Program-made: the position numbers and the translations under genes | DNA from: Antedon mediterranea | Lineage: Eukaryota > Animalia > Echinodermata | Direction of reading: 5' to 3' | DNA: 64,000 nucleotides | Assembly (NCBI RefSeq): GCF_964355755.1 | Contig: NC_092671.1 | Coordinates: forward strand, 11,036,001-11,100,000 | Notes under the pieces: model-generated | Databases searched by the model: none | The model's input: the letters and a program-made list of their open reading frames with translations, nothing else | What the model was told of the DNA's origin: nothing | In this document: in pieces, positions 27,301 through 38,824 of the stretch | Layout: each line of letters opens with the position of its first letter | Position numbering within the stretch: the stretch's first letter is position 1

Positions 27301-27744
27301 ACTAGGAAATTAGCTGCTGTGGATTGTACTGAAAATACTGGTAATTAATATCCTTGATTTTTATTATATAGGCACATATTTAACAATAATTACATAATAC
27401 AAGTTAGGTTTGAAGTACCAAAAAAAGAAGACTCTTGAGAACGGTTGTACCATTACCAAGACATTCTCAACCTTACTTCCTTTTCATAAACACATGGTGT
27501 ATCGCAAAGTGAGACTTCCAAAAATTCTATATTATTTATTAATATTGATTTTAAATGTTTCTGATCATATCTATTATTTTTTACTTCTTTTTCAGATATT
27601 TGTCAAAAATTTGGCGTGCGTGGGTACCCAACTTTTAAAGTATTCCAGAAGGGAGCTATCTCCAAGGATTACGATTCTGGCAGGTCAAAAGATGATTTTA
27701 TTAAATACATGAAAAATTTACCATTCACAAAAGAAGAACTTTAA
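12323..27744 (+). CDS. PDIA5: Protein disulfide isomerase A5 (PDIR)-like with five catalytic thioredoxin domains, about 24 exons
   Basis: Exon 1 12323-12364 MAGHTWTLLYLLAI (phase 0, GTAAGT donor) joins 14391 IILCHG...FKKLLRTRNNVMVLY, the PDIA5 N-terminal signature; five MFY(A/T)PWCGHCK sites (~17093, ~19017, 24240, ~25856, ~27231); proline-rich linkers; ends PFTKEEL* (ER retention). Confidence 0.95.
13020..13220 (+). repeat. Retroposon 3' end with AATAAA and (AAAC)n tail
   Basis: Hairpin GGTGGGTAAG..TTTGCCCACC followed by CAATAAAAACAAACAAACAAAC. Confidence 0.5.
15489..15616. mobile_element. PIF/Harbinger-like MITE family A; further copies ~8125-8250, 24011-24090, 26824-26940, 38605-38824, 39990-40053, 58096-58221, 58765-58934
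   Basis: TIR AGCTCTGTCTACACTATCAAA, internal CCATATTTGGGCA repeats, TAA/TTA flanks. Confidence 0.85.
17841..18003. repeat. Near-perfect hairpin with about 75-bp arms at the end of a small intronic element starting ~17700
   Basis: ACAAATAATGAATGTTT...GGTTATATCAAC, loop TCGGCTTTGCCTC, GTTGATATAACC...AAACATTCATTATTTGT. Confidence 0.85.
19141..22876. mobile_element. Non-autonomous fold-back DNA transposon with very long inverted arms (Academ-like termini) in a PDIA5 intron
   Basis: Ends TAGTCCAGGAGCTTATGTC and GACATAAGCCCCTGGACTA, flanked by TTT on both sides; paired blocks 19141-19915/22093-22876, 20340-20572/21862-22091, 20572-20826/21231-21481; no transposase ORF. Confidence 0.85.
24311..25250 (+). 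other. GC-AG intron in PDIA5
   Basis: AAG|GCAAGT donor is the junction that keeps FEDNSK-VSFAAVDC in frame. Confidence 0.85.
24440..24961. mobile_element. Tc1/pogo(Tigger)-like MITE
   Basis: TA|CAGTAGAACCT...AGGTTCTACTG|TA with subterminal TTTTACG repeats. Confidence 0.85.
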
Positions 27745-30700
27745 CACTAACATTAAACTTGATTAGACTAGGGTTAAAAAGTACTGTAATCACATTTTTA
27801 TATTCCCTCAAATCATAGAATTTAACACAAATAGACTAAACATCCACTTAAAGCAGTGGGCTGGAACCAGCTACAGTACTGTGTATTGCGGTACAAATAA
27901 AAGCTTAGAAATGCCTATATTACAATCAAAATGTTCAGTTTTCAAAAGATATTAAACATTAATTTATTTTACTTTCATTGAGTGCATAGTGCTCAAAACT
28001 TAACTTCCCATTTCTTCTCTACTAACAACACTGTACATGCTTGATCCTCTTTTTATCATTAAAATCTTCCTATGTTTTTGTGTACATTATATTTAGCGCC
28101 ATTATAGTATAATGTTACTATAGAAAGAACATGTTTTTAATTACTTTATATTAAGGTGAAGGGTTTATAATAATTACTATTTTACTTATTCGTATTGATG
28201 AGGCTTTTCTATTTTCTTAATTACATTAAAAATGTAAATGCAATACCATGGACATTTGTGAGTTGTATGTACAGCAGGCTGTGGTAAAAGGTAACAAGAA
28301 TAAAGAATATACAATTTAAATGTAAAATAAAATAATGAGTAAAAAGTAATTATTAAGTTAATTAGCAAGTAAAATTCTGATATTTATTTTTTGAATTTAA
28401 TGATTCTGTAAAAAAAGATTAGAGAATAATTCTAGCTTAAATCATATATGCATAGTTAATCAAGGACAGCTACAATGTAGCAGGATTTGTATGTTTAACA
28501 ACATCACATTTTGTATTTACGAAATTTAAATCTTAAATTATTTGTACTTAAATTGTATTCATTGGTCATTCTGCCAAGATATTATAAAAAGATTTTATAA
28601 GTAAATCAAATGATAGGAATATTTATAAGGTTCTGTAAACTAAAAATACGTAATGTTTATTGTAATACAATGATACTTTTAAACTAACGGCAAATTTCAA
28701 CCGCCCCCTCCAGTGACTATTATCTAAAATCATAAAATAAGTTGAGGGTGTCAAATGGAAGAAACAAAACATTATAGATTAGCTTTTACTCTTTTTCACT
28801 AAACAGTTTTTTTCAAATTTTTTTCGTAATTAATAAAGTCAAAATATGTGCCTCTAAGGGTTTCATGGTGAACATTCCATATTACTGTATATCTTTTTTT
28901 TAAATGTTTTTTTAGATACACACTGCCCTCATTAAAACCCTGTTTTAGTACAATCTTATTTTAATACTTCTTACTACTATTTATACAAATTAATTGTGTA
29001 ATTTTATTTATAATATTAAACATTAGGGTCATTGTTTATTTTTAGAACTAGACTATTCAGTTACTCTGTATACAACTTTTGTCTTCCACTAAAAAATACA
29101 GAATTTCTAATCCGAATCAATGTGTCTTGTTTCTTTTTTGTTTTTCAATTTATTAATAATAATGACTTGCTGATTTAAAGTTGCAGAACAATAAATAATC
29201 ATGACAACAGGCAACAATAATTAATAATAATGCTTACGGGCCGGAGGAAAAAACAGGCATTATGTCAAAAAAGGCTAAAAATACCCAAAGTCTCCAGCAT
29301 TGAAGAGCCACCTAAACCAGGGCCTCTGCGTCATGATCAAGATCACTTCACCCTGCCACTATAATGTATCATTTAAAAACCAAGACAAGCTCATTTAGAA
29401 TGTACAGTATGTACAACTGCTTGAATTAATTAATGGTGCTGCCACATCAAACATTGTCATTTTGAAATTTACTAATAAGTCACTGATACAGTATGTGTAT
29501 TAATTGATGTCAAATAATTGTAACCAGTCAATTAGTGGAAGACTGCTATATTTGGATAAGTGTGTAATCATAAGCTTCCCCAGGTCATTCTGCATGTTTT
29601 CTTGGCTAGACTGCAATCCACAACATCCAGTAAAGATGTTCTATAATTGTGATACTAATTCTATAACGCTAATAATGGAGATATATATATTGTCCTACAA
29701 TTATTAAGGTATTTCAGTAGGTATCTTTTACCTACTAGGCTAGGCCTAGTCATTAAGGTAATGATTTTTAATGTAATTATTATTATTTCCTAATCAAAAT
29801 ACAACAAACATTGAAGTACACATGCAGGCACAAAATATATCGGACAATGTATCATCACATTGCCTAGGCCTACACTGCCCAGCTAGTCATCAGGCACCCA
29901 GCCTTCCATTCCCCATACTATACCAAATGCTTAGGCCTATGCTAAATACAGTGATGCCTAGCTTAGTTAAGTTAGGCCAAGTCATTTAAACTTACCCTGC
30001 TCTCCCACTTTTCCAATTGACTGCGGTTATTAACATCCAATGATTTTCTTCAAATACTATATTAAGAATCATAACCTTCATTAAATTATGTTCCATTTCA
30101 TTGTAGCTGTCCTAACCGTCACTAACCGAGATCGTCTGCTCAAAGTGATGCTAAACCGCAAACCACCAAACAACACAATTTCCTGTTCTCTGATTGGTAG
30201 AATCTTCCAAAATTAGTTTCACGAAGAATCAGCCAATCAGAGCAGAGTTTTACTGATCTGATTTTTGTACAAATCCACAAAAGAACTTTGTATACAGCAC
30301 ATACCTCTTCACAACAAATTTAATAATAAATATTGTAACATTTTCGAACACATTGGACAACCAAAAGACAATAGCCTAGACCTTATATATAAAAATATGA
30401 TTTTTTTTTACAATATGATAATAAGCTTGTGATTGGTCAAATCACTTTTAGGTCTGCGTTACGCTTACGTTCTGTTTCGTCTCTAGTGGGAACCATGCCT
30501 TAACAAATAATAAATATAGTGTCTTTACCTGAATAAATCACGGGTCTAAACGTGAAAGAGTTATTTTATACATAGACGTAATTTATAAAAATTACACAAT
30601 GTTCATTATCAAAAAGGTACCGCATCTGTCACGGTAAATAATCGTTATTATGGTATAAACAGTAAGACAAATATTTTTAAAATAAACGAAATTGCACAAA

Positions 30701-31017
30701 AGCACTCGCATCTCATTTTGATTGCAAAACTCTTTCTTTCCTTTTATGAATTTAATTTCTGCATGCATTTGTACAGTAGCAGTAATAATTTAATTTCATT
30801 GCACATTGTCCATGGTTAGCGGTTCTCTAACTCTGTATTAATCATTAGCCGGGTTTAAGTTGGTTTTATAGTCATCGCTAACTTTGTAGTGTAGGAACAA
30901 ACTTACTTAGGTAAAATAACTTGCCCTAAACGAGCCCTATGTTTATGAATAAAATATATACACATTTCTGTTCAAAAGTCCATTATCTTGACATATTACA
31001 GTTTGTCAACTCAGAAT

Positions 31018-32670
31018 TCAAAGAGCTGGACATGTTTTCCTTCTTTCCGTCAACCTCGGATGCAACGATATCGGAGGCGATTTCTGAGTTTTGTTTTCCG
31101 CTATTGATCCAGACGAGGAATGGCTAAGTAACTTTGCTTGATTGATATGAACATTAAGGATGCTCATGGCTCTCTTTAATTTTGAACACTTTCTTGGAAG
31201 ATTTGATTTTCTATTTTGCAATACCTCACTTGCCAGATTTAACACCATGTCATTTATTCGATGTGTGTCAACGGCCGCTGATAATTCATAGAATTTCCAG
31301 TTATTCTCTCTAGCAAGGGTGAAACCATCTTTGTAGGAAACATGGCGACCTTGTTCAAGCTCTCGTTTGTTTCCTATCAGGATTACTGGAAGATTGCTCT
31401 TGCTGCTCGAGACGATCTTATCACGAAAGGATTTCGCCGCAGCAAAACTTTTCTTTGAAAGAATTGAGTACACATATAAAACAGCGTCTGCATTCGCAAG
31501 ATAGTTATCTAGTGTGTCCTGTAAAGAAAATAAATTCGTATTGATGTTTAGGCCTATTATTTTTATTCTCTAGACTAATAGATGAGTTTTGTAAACAAAT
31601 ACTAATTAATGGACCTGGGGGTATGTATAAACATTTGTATAAAGCTAAATTCAATGAAAACATAAATCAAGATTCTGCAATTATGACAAAAACATTCTTT
31701 TAGTACAGCAGGCCACGTACTCTTATGTTAGGGATTTTTTCAATTCGTTCTGTACATTCTTATATTATACTCCATGTTTCTTGATTTTAAAATACAAAAT
31801 TCGTTTGTAAATATATCACTATACTGAATGTTTTACTATAAATTATGTAACATGTTTTATTAACAATAGTTTAATCGTATGCCTAGCTGATTACCCACCT
31901 GTCCGGCCGTGTCATAAATCTCTAACTTCACTGCTTTTCCATCAATCGTTTCGTATTTGTCATAACAGCATTCTATAATTAAAAAAAAATAAAAAGTATG
32001 TTTACACCTACATTTATTACCGATCACCATGAAACATAATTTCCTACAGAATTAAAGAGATAAAACATGACTTTATTGTCCAAATTAGAAATTACATTTA
32101 TCGTTGTCATAGTAAATTACATTGAATATACAAAATGCAAAATAATACTATCCTATACTTTGAGAGGTGAGAGAGTTTGTACGTTTGTCCGTTATTATAG
32201 TATACACGCGCGCATTCATGATTATCAATTGAATTATTTTTTTTAAAACAAAATTGACTTACCTAAATTTGGATCATATTCGTGTAAGTATCTACCACAA
32301 AGAAATCTCACAGCAATGGCTGTAAACAAAATAGTCATTAAGTTAAATAACCTTATACCAGTACATAATGTCTATATGCAAAACAATTTTATGTACCGTG
32401 CGGTATCTTAATCAACATATAGTTCTTAGTAGTGTAAATAGTTAGCACAATAACCGAAGTTTTATATTTACTTTAAGCCATTTGGAACACATGATGGACA
32501 CCTCACTTTCCTAGTGGAAAGTTCTTGTGAACAATCCTCTAGTTAACATTTCTTATAATGCTATTTTATACTGATGTTTGATTTGTACTCGTACCTGATT
32601 TGCCAACTCCATCTTCACCTAGCAAAACAAATCTTAGTTTTATTCCAGAGTTTCTTTTATCAGTTTTCAT
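31018..32670 (-). CDS. RERG/RERGL/RASL12-like small Ras GTPase, 4 coding exons
   Basis: Exons 32670-32595 (LLGEDGVGKS), ~32320-32263 (AIAVRFLCGRYLHEYDPNL), ~31972-31899 (LEIYDTAGQ), ~31518-31018 (ILIGNKRE, YELSAA, ends RRKTCPAL*). Confidence 0.9.
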
Positions 32671-32911
32671 CTTTGAGATTTCTTCTTTTTTTTCCAAATC
32701 TGAAATAAAACAAACTAGTGTTAAAATGAGTTTGTTGCGTAGGAGGCCTACTGATACAAAATAATCAAACCGTGTCCATTTTTTCTCTAATGATTGTAGG
32801 GACACTTGTTTGTGTGTGAAAGAAGGTCTGTTTTTAAAACTCTGACATGAACATTCGTTGGTAAATTAATTCATATATTTATAAAGTATATTATTATTAG
32901 TTAGTACATAA

Positions 32912-33330
32912 TTACGTCAGACAATAACATGATTTATATGAAGATAGGTATAGTTTGCTTTCATTCAATCTAAAGGCTAAGAGGGTATCATTATAATATT
33001 ATCAGCTTAATTAATTAAACTGTGTGTGCTAAAATACATCATAGTTTTCTATCACATCTACGTCATGCGACAAAATTGAGGTTTTTTTTTAACTGGAGTA
33101 TTTGTTCCCAATTGTTTAAAGGCTATGAGGAGGTTATCAATTATAATATTCCGTGTTTGCTAAACACATTGTTGTCTTATATCTTTATTATTAGCACGTA
33201 ATTGATACGTCAGGTAACAAAATTGATTTCTTTAAGGGTATAGTTTACTCTCATTTTCATCTCAAAGGCCATCATATATCAATTATATTATCATCAGATG
33301 AATATTAATCCAAATCGTGCGTGCGAAATA
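32912..33330. repeat. Degenerate three-copy 147-bp tandem repeat, each unit starting with a CRE half-site
   Basis: TACGTCA at ~32913, 33059 and 33206, each followed by AAAGGC and TATCA(A)TTATA blocks in the same order. Confidence 0.75.
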
Positions 33331-35536
33331 TATATTATTAGGCTGCGTTGCTTTTCTCCTTGACAGAGCGAACCGTATTGTTTAATAATAGTGTTTCTGA
33401 CGTGGATTGTTTTATTTGATTGGAAGCCGTCGGGTAAAGCATCATCCTACACAATGATACCTTATTATTAGGCCTTCAGTGCTTCACTGACGCTGCCAGC
33501 AATACACCTACGTCATTAATCTGGTTCGTATTTATTTTTAAGACAATTGAATGATGATTTTCGCAGAGTAGTATTATTAGAATGATGTGTGGTCGAGAAC
33601 CAAATGTCAACAATTAATTACAAGAAGATTCGACCTAAACCTTCACTGACTAACTAGTTTTCGCTAGGCCATACCAATTTTTTTTTCGAAGCTGAAATAC
33701 ATTATACATTTATCCTTTCCGTGTATAGTACTATTTTTAGACGAAGTTGAGACAACCCCTTTTCTACCACCTAAATATTTTAGTATTAACTTCGATAATA
33801 ATCAGAAAACGATAGTAAATTGTGACAAAATCTGCCAACCGTCTATTTTATAATAATAAATGCATACAAATTCGTTACCCACCCACTTCTGCTTCTCCTA
33901 GTTTTACCCAATGATAAAACAAGTCAGGTGCCATATACCGTGTAAAGTCTACAACGAGTCGTACAGTAGGCTAACGATGAATTCATGTAATTACCAGTGT
34001 TGTATTTTTGTCTTAAATACAGCAATACAGTAATTATAACCTTTACATTTTTTTAACAATTTCGATTTGGTTCTTTGTAGAGATACTCATGCCCGAATGA
34101 TCGTGATTAAATTTGATTGGCGTGTACATCGTACTTAACACAGTTTTGTTTTTAGATTTAGATACCATTTGCATTATTTAATTGTAGGGTTTTAGTAGTA
34201 TTGTAGTGTCGTAATAGCTGTAGATTAAATATACTGTAAGGTTACAAAAATATAATCTAATACCACAACGTTAAGTAAGCAGTTACAAAGAAAAGATAAA
34301 TGTTCTTTGTCATTATTATTTAAACAAACCTTGGACTTAAGGAACATTGCTCTTTTTAGTCAGGCGGATCGTTCTTTTTGGGACAACTACTCATTAAAAC
34401 AAATATATACACAAATGTATAGAATACCGTACAAGAAGTTTGTGGATTATTGCTATTACTGCTATTATATGAAAAATAATCTTTGTATGCCTATTGTGTG
34501 CATAGTATTCTTACATGGAGGAATAGTTATTGTAATGTTCTTGTAATTCACTATAAAGTGAACCCCGGTATGAAACGCCCAACTAATGTTAATGTACACA
34601 TTGAATGAATTAAACAATTATGAAAATTATTCTTTATTCTTTATTTCAAGCCAACAGTGTAAAACACCAATTACAGGTTATACACAAAGTCAATATTATT
34701 TAACTCTAGGGTAATCCCGTCGCCTGGTTAATAGAAAGGTATTGTTAGATTTGAGTGTGGCAAGTGCTATAACGAATAAATATGATCAGATTTTTAGACT
34801 CATACCAACTTTATGGCTTATGGCATTTTGAGCCATACACTGTGGAAGCCTAAACATTCTAAAAGTTGAGTCCAGAGACCGTTCAATTCATCATTTGTGT
34901 GTATATGTAGGCCTACATACAATTACAATCATGTAGGCCTATGTGTAAAGTAATACTGTAATAATTGTGCTAGGAACATACGACAAGTAACTATGTAAGA
35001 GTACATACCCATTATGAATAATACATAAAAAGACCAAAAACTTTTGACAAAAACGTACATTAGAATAGTAAATCCCCTGATGATGACAGGATTTGCACCA
35101 GAAACTTGTTTTATATCATTAATTACATTTTGAAGTTTGAAATCTTTAATTACACTTTGAAAGCCAGTAGCGAGAAAGTTTAATTCCTACGTTTGTTTTT
35201 TAATTTAAGTATTTTTTGCTTTAAATTACATTTTTTTTTCAGGTAAATAATTGTTTGGTTAACGTGAATAACTTATGTGACAAAATGACACATTCAAAAA
35301 CAAACTTGAAATAAAAAATATTTTTCAGGGGGACAATAATATCTTTAAAACTGTTACGTCAACAAGCGAGCAGCGTTTTTTGTAAGAAATATTTCTTGTT
35401 TAAATCATTATCAAAAAACACAAAAATATGATCCTTCTATTCTACACACAGTCATTAAAAGAACTATTTATATTACAAATATCACTTTAAAGTGGACACA
35501 ACAGTGGATATAAACACTCAGTAACACAGTACTTAC

Positions 35537-35725
35537 TTGAGGTTTATCTTGATCGGGAACAATAATCACACAAGGATCACCAACCGACAAGATAACGATG
35601 TTGCTCCGGCGAATCACAAAAACCAATTGCACAGACTATAGCTCGTAGCTCGATTTTTATACGCAGTACTTTGAAACAACGACGTTTTTAAACGCTTGGT
35701 TAGACACATTGTGTTACGTCAGAGT
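35537..35725 (-). promoter_or_regulatory. Probable promoter and non-coding first exon of the RERG-like gene
   Basis: Minus-strand TATAAAAA at ~35654-35661, TTACGTCA CRE-like site at ~35714, strong donor AA|GTAAGT at 35536; the coding exon at 32699 has an acceptor upstream of its ATG. Confidence 0.55.
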
Positions 35726-36309
35726 GCTGACGGTATCATGATAATTTATAGAAATGGAAATCTTGTTGTTAATTTGCTGCTTATTATTATTTACAGATAT
35801 TAATTTTATAATTAAGTTGCTTTGTAAATCAGTTGATCAACATTTTGATTAATTATAGTCTCACAATATTTCTTTAAGAATCAATAAAAAAGGTATAAAT
35901 AACGTGTTTATATCTACCGTATGATTTTATTGCAAGTTTGCATATAACCTGGTGGGACCACTGGCTTGTGTGTTCAGAGCGACCACAGAATATTGATGGT
36001 ACACAAATGTCAAATCATAGAGGATATACATGTGTAATTTGCCATCATCTTTAAACGTCTTCATATTATTTTTTTTTTAATAAATCAATATAGGCCTAAC
36101 ATACTTAAATTAAAAATGTTAACACATTTCATCAGCATCAAGGATGTTTCTTTTTTTAAACTTTAACGATATTGTTATGTGATCATATCATTATATCACA
36201 CATCTAAAGGTTAGAAATGGGCATTCTAACGTGTTACTATTAATATAGCGTTATTATGGAGTGTGGCATAGGGGGTGGTGTTTAGCAGGACCCCCACCCA
36301 CCAAAAGGA

Positions 36310-36600
36310 CACCTTACCTTACCTTACCTTGACCTTTAGACTATAAACCTGTTAAGTCCCTCTTTGAACATCTTGGTTATATGGCTCAAACTTTAGGTTG
36401 TGGGTTTTCCAGTGTGTTTCAAGATGGGTTTTAAAATTATTTGTAGAGGAAGCATTTACTAAGTATATGATATGGCAAACTATTCCAATCATTTACTGTA
36501 GATATTGAAAAGAATTTCTGTCTGTGTTTCGATTTACTATGAACTTTTTTAATTTTAAAATTGTGGCCTCTAGTTACAGTAGACTAACTTTCGAATCACA
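36310..36600 (-). mobile_element. Degenerate 3' fragment of a second CR1/L2-type LINE
   Basis: Minus strand reads TRGHNFKIKK..RQKFFSISTVNDWNSLP and ends in an (AAGGT)n tail. Confidence 0.7.
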
Positions 36601-36911
36601 TTGTACCTAATAAAAGTGGAACCACCTTTTGTCTTCAGTAAACTTCTGTGCGGCGGTATTATATAATATATTTATATAATATATTTATATAATATATTTA
36701 TTAAGCCTAAATCTATAATAATCACAAAGGCATGATGCTTGATTGGACGTCATTAAAGGCCTATAATAATGTGAATTAATGAATGATTGTAAATAAAGTA
36801 CAGTATACTAATTATCCGTTATAGAGCAGTGTACAAACAGCTGAGACGACGTGAGATGTTTGTCGACAAAAAAACAACATCCGATCTTGTTTTGAAGGAT
36901 GAATACACTAA

Positions 36912-37090
36912 AGCTTGGTTCCCACTAGAACATAACGCAAGGACGTAAACGCAACGCAAGCGTTTTAACCAATGACAAGCGAAGTTATAGACAGTTAGCA
37001 ATCACAAGCGAATAAGCCATCGCTTGTGATTGGTCAATTCACTTGCGTTGCGTTACGTCGTTGTGTTGCGTCGCTAGTGGGAACCACGCT
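36912..37090. mobile_element. Harbinger-like MITE family B (partial copy ~30423-30500)
   Basis: TIR AGC(T/G)TGGTTCCCACTAG, TAA/TTA flanks, palindromic interior. Confidence 0.8.
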
Positions 37091-37290
37091 TTACTAAGGT
37101 CTACGTTCCTACTTGAATCTTAACATTAACACCTGGATATCTGGTGATTGCGAGGTGCCAATGTATCATCTGATAATTGAGTATGCCTCACTTTATGTAC
37201 AATATAAACCGGTTTTATAGATGCAGTTATCTGCTTTCTTAATAAACAGTTTATAAGATAAGATTTTCCAATTGGTATTACATGATTGAA

Positions 37291-37614
37291 TTAAAGATGT
37301 ATTGTCCCCCAAAAACCTTTAAAAAAATTAAGAAAATTAAAATGAGACTTTGAATAGGCCATTTTGCAGTTTAAATAAAGTTATTCACTTTTGTAGAAAA
37401 AAAATCAACCCAACAAAAATAATCATTTCACTTATAAAAAGACAAAATAACTGTTAATTGTAACCAAAAACCATTGTCTGACAATTTAGGCCTAGGTATT
37501 TTCAGGAATTTTTTTTTTGATCCAGTTTTTGGTCAATGTGAATGTGATTAAAATAGCATATTCAACAACAAAAGTGTTAACAAATTATTTTTTTAGGGGG
37601 ACAATATATCTTTA
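37291..37614. mobile_element. MITE with TTAA-type left flank (Kolobok-like); solo end at ~35320-35347
   Basis: TTAAAGATGTATTGTCCCCCAAAAA ... TTTTTAGGGGGACAATATATCTTTA. Confidence 0.6.
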
Positions 37615-38604
37615 TGTTTTTACTTCACATAACTTAATTATTTATCAAAAATGAACGTGGGTCATGTTACCTGAGTGGGAAAAACAACAAGGAAACATAA
37701 GAAAGCCAATCGTGTAGAACGTTCCCCGGGAGTTTATTGCAAATGTATGTAATTATCTTGAAATTGAATTTCTTAAAATTAATTATTAATATTGCAATGA
37801 ATACTAAAAAAATGTGTGAATTTTATTTCAATTTATGTGTAATTTGTATAAAAATAAAGTGTGTTTTTTATTTGTAGTGAAGCGTTGTGGGCCTAATGGT
37901 GTAATTATGAGGAATTAGATCTTTATCTCTCGACGATCTACCTGTTTAACTCATCTATTTAGTTGGTTTTTTTTTGTGTGTTTGTTTGTCCAATTATTTT
38001 ACTTATATAAAGTTGTATTTGAGTCTATTTCAATTTGTTTTAAGATGGATAAATGTCTTTAATACTTAGGCCCTTCTCTTGCGGACAAGGTCCAGATTAA
38101 TTAAGGTTTAGCGTCAGAAGACAACGCCAGGAAAGTACAACTAATCTAGCCAGACAGTACATAACTATTTTTACGAGTCTATAACACCGAAAGTCATGCT
38201 TCACTTGATGGTTCGTTGGAATTTTCAATTATAGTAACCGCCGGTTAATGTGCCCCACGTTATGGATTATGTTTCTTCGGCAATTTCATCGCTCTAATGA
38301 CGACAAACTTAATGAAAGAACAAGCTTTTAGGAGTTTGATAATATTTTGATATGTCACAATGTGTAATTGATGTTCGGAAACTTAAATGCTATGCCGTAA
38401 GAACAACATTTGTATTGATCATCTGTTTTTTATCCAAAATATTATAAATGTCTGACGTTTCCTGTGTGAATTTCAAAGTTGTTTTTTAAACTAAGGTTTT
38501 GATCGGTTTATGTTACATATAACAAGTTTACTCTTTTTGTAGTAGGCTAACACTATGAATCAAAGTGTCCACCTTAACCAATGGGTGTCCCTAGAATGTG
38601 GTAA

Positions 38605-38824
38605 AGCTCTGTCTAAACTATCAACATTTATGTTCCTTGTTCGGGAACAAAAATCACACAGAGATCACCAACCGACGAGATAACGATGTTGCTCCGGCGA
38701 ATCACAAAAACCAATTGCAGAGTGATAAAAAAATGTGATGTGCCCATACATGATGATCTCATACCGCTACCATATTTGGGCACATCACACTTTGTCAAAC
38801 TAGTTTGATAGTGTAGACAGAGCT
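38605..38824. mobile_element. MITE family A copy carrying an 87-bp foreign insert
   Basis: Both TIRs present; 38636-38722 matches 35548-35634. Confidence 0.85.

Noticed and set aside
29710-29860. Minus-strand GTGATGA and CTGA as a C/D snoRNA
   Set aside because: No terminal stem or recognisable rRNA guide
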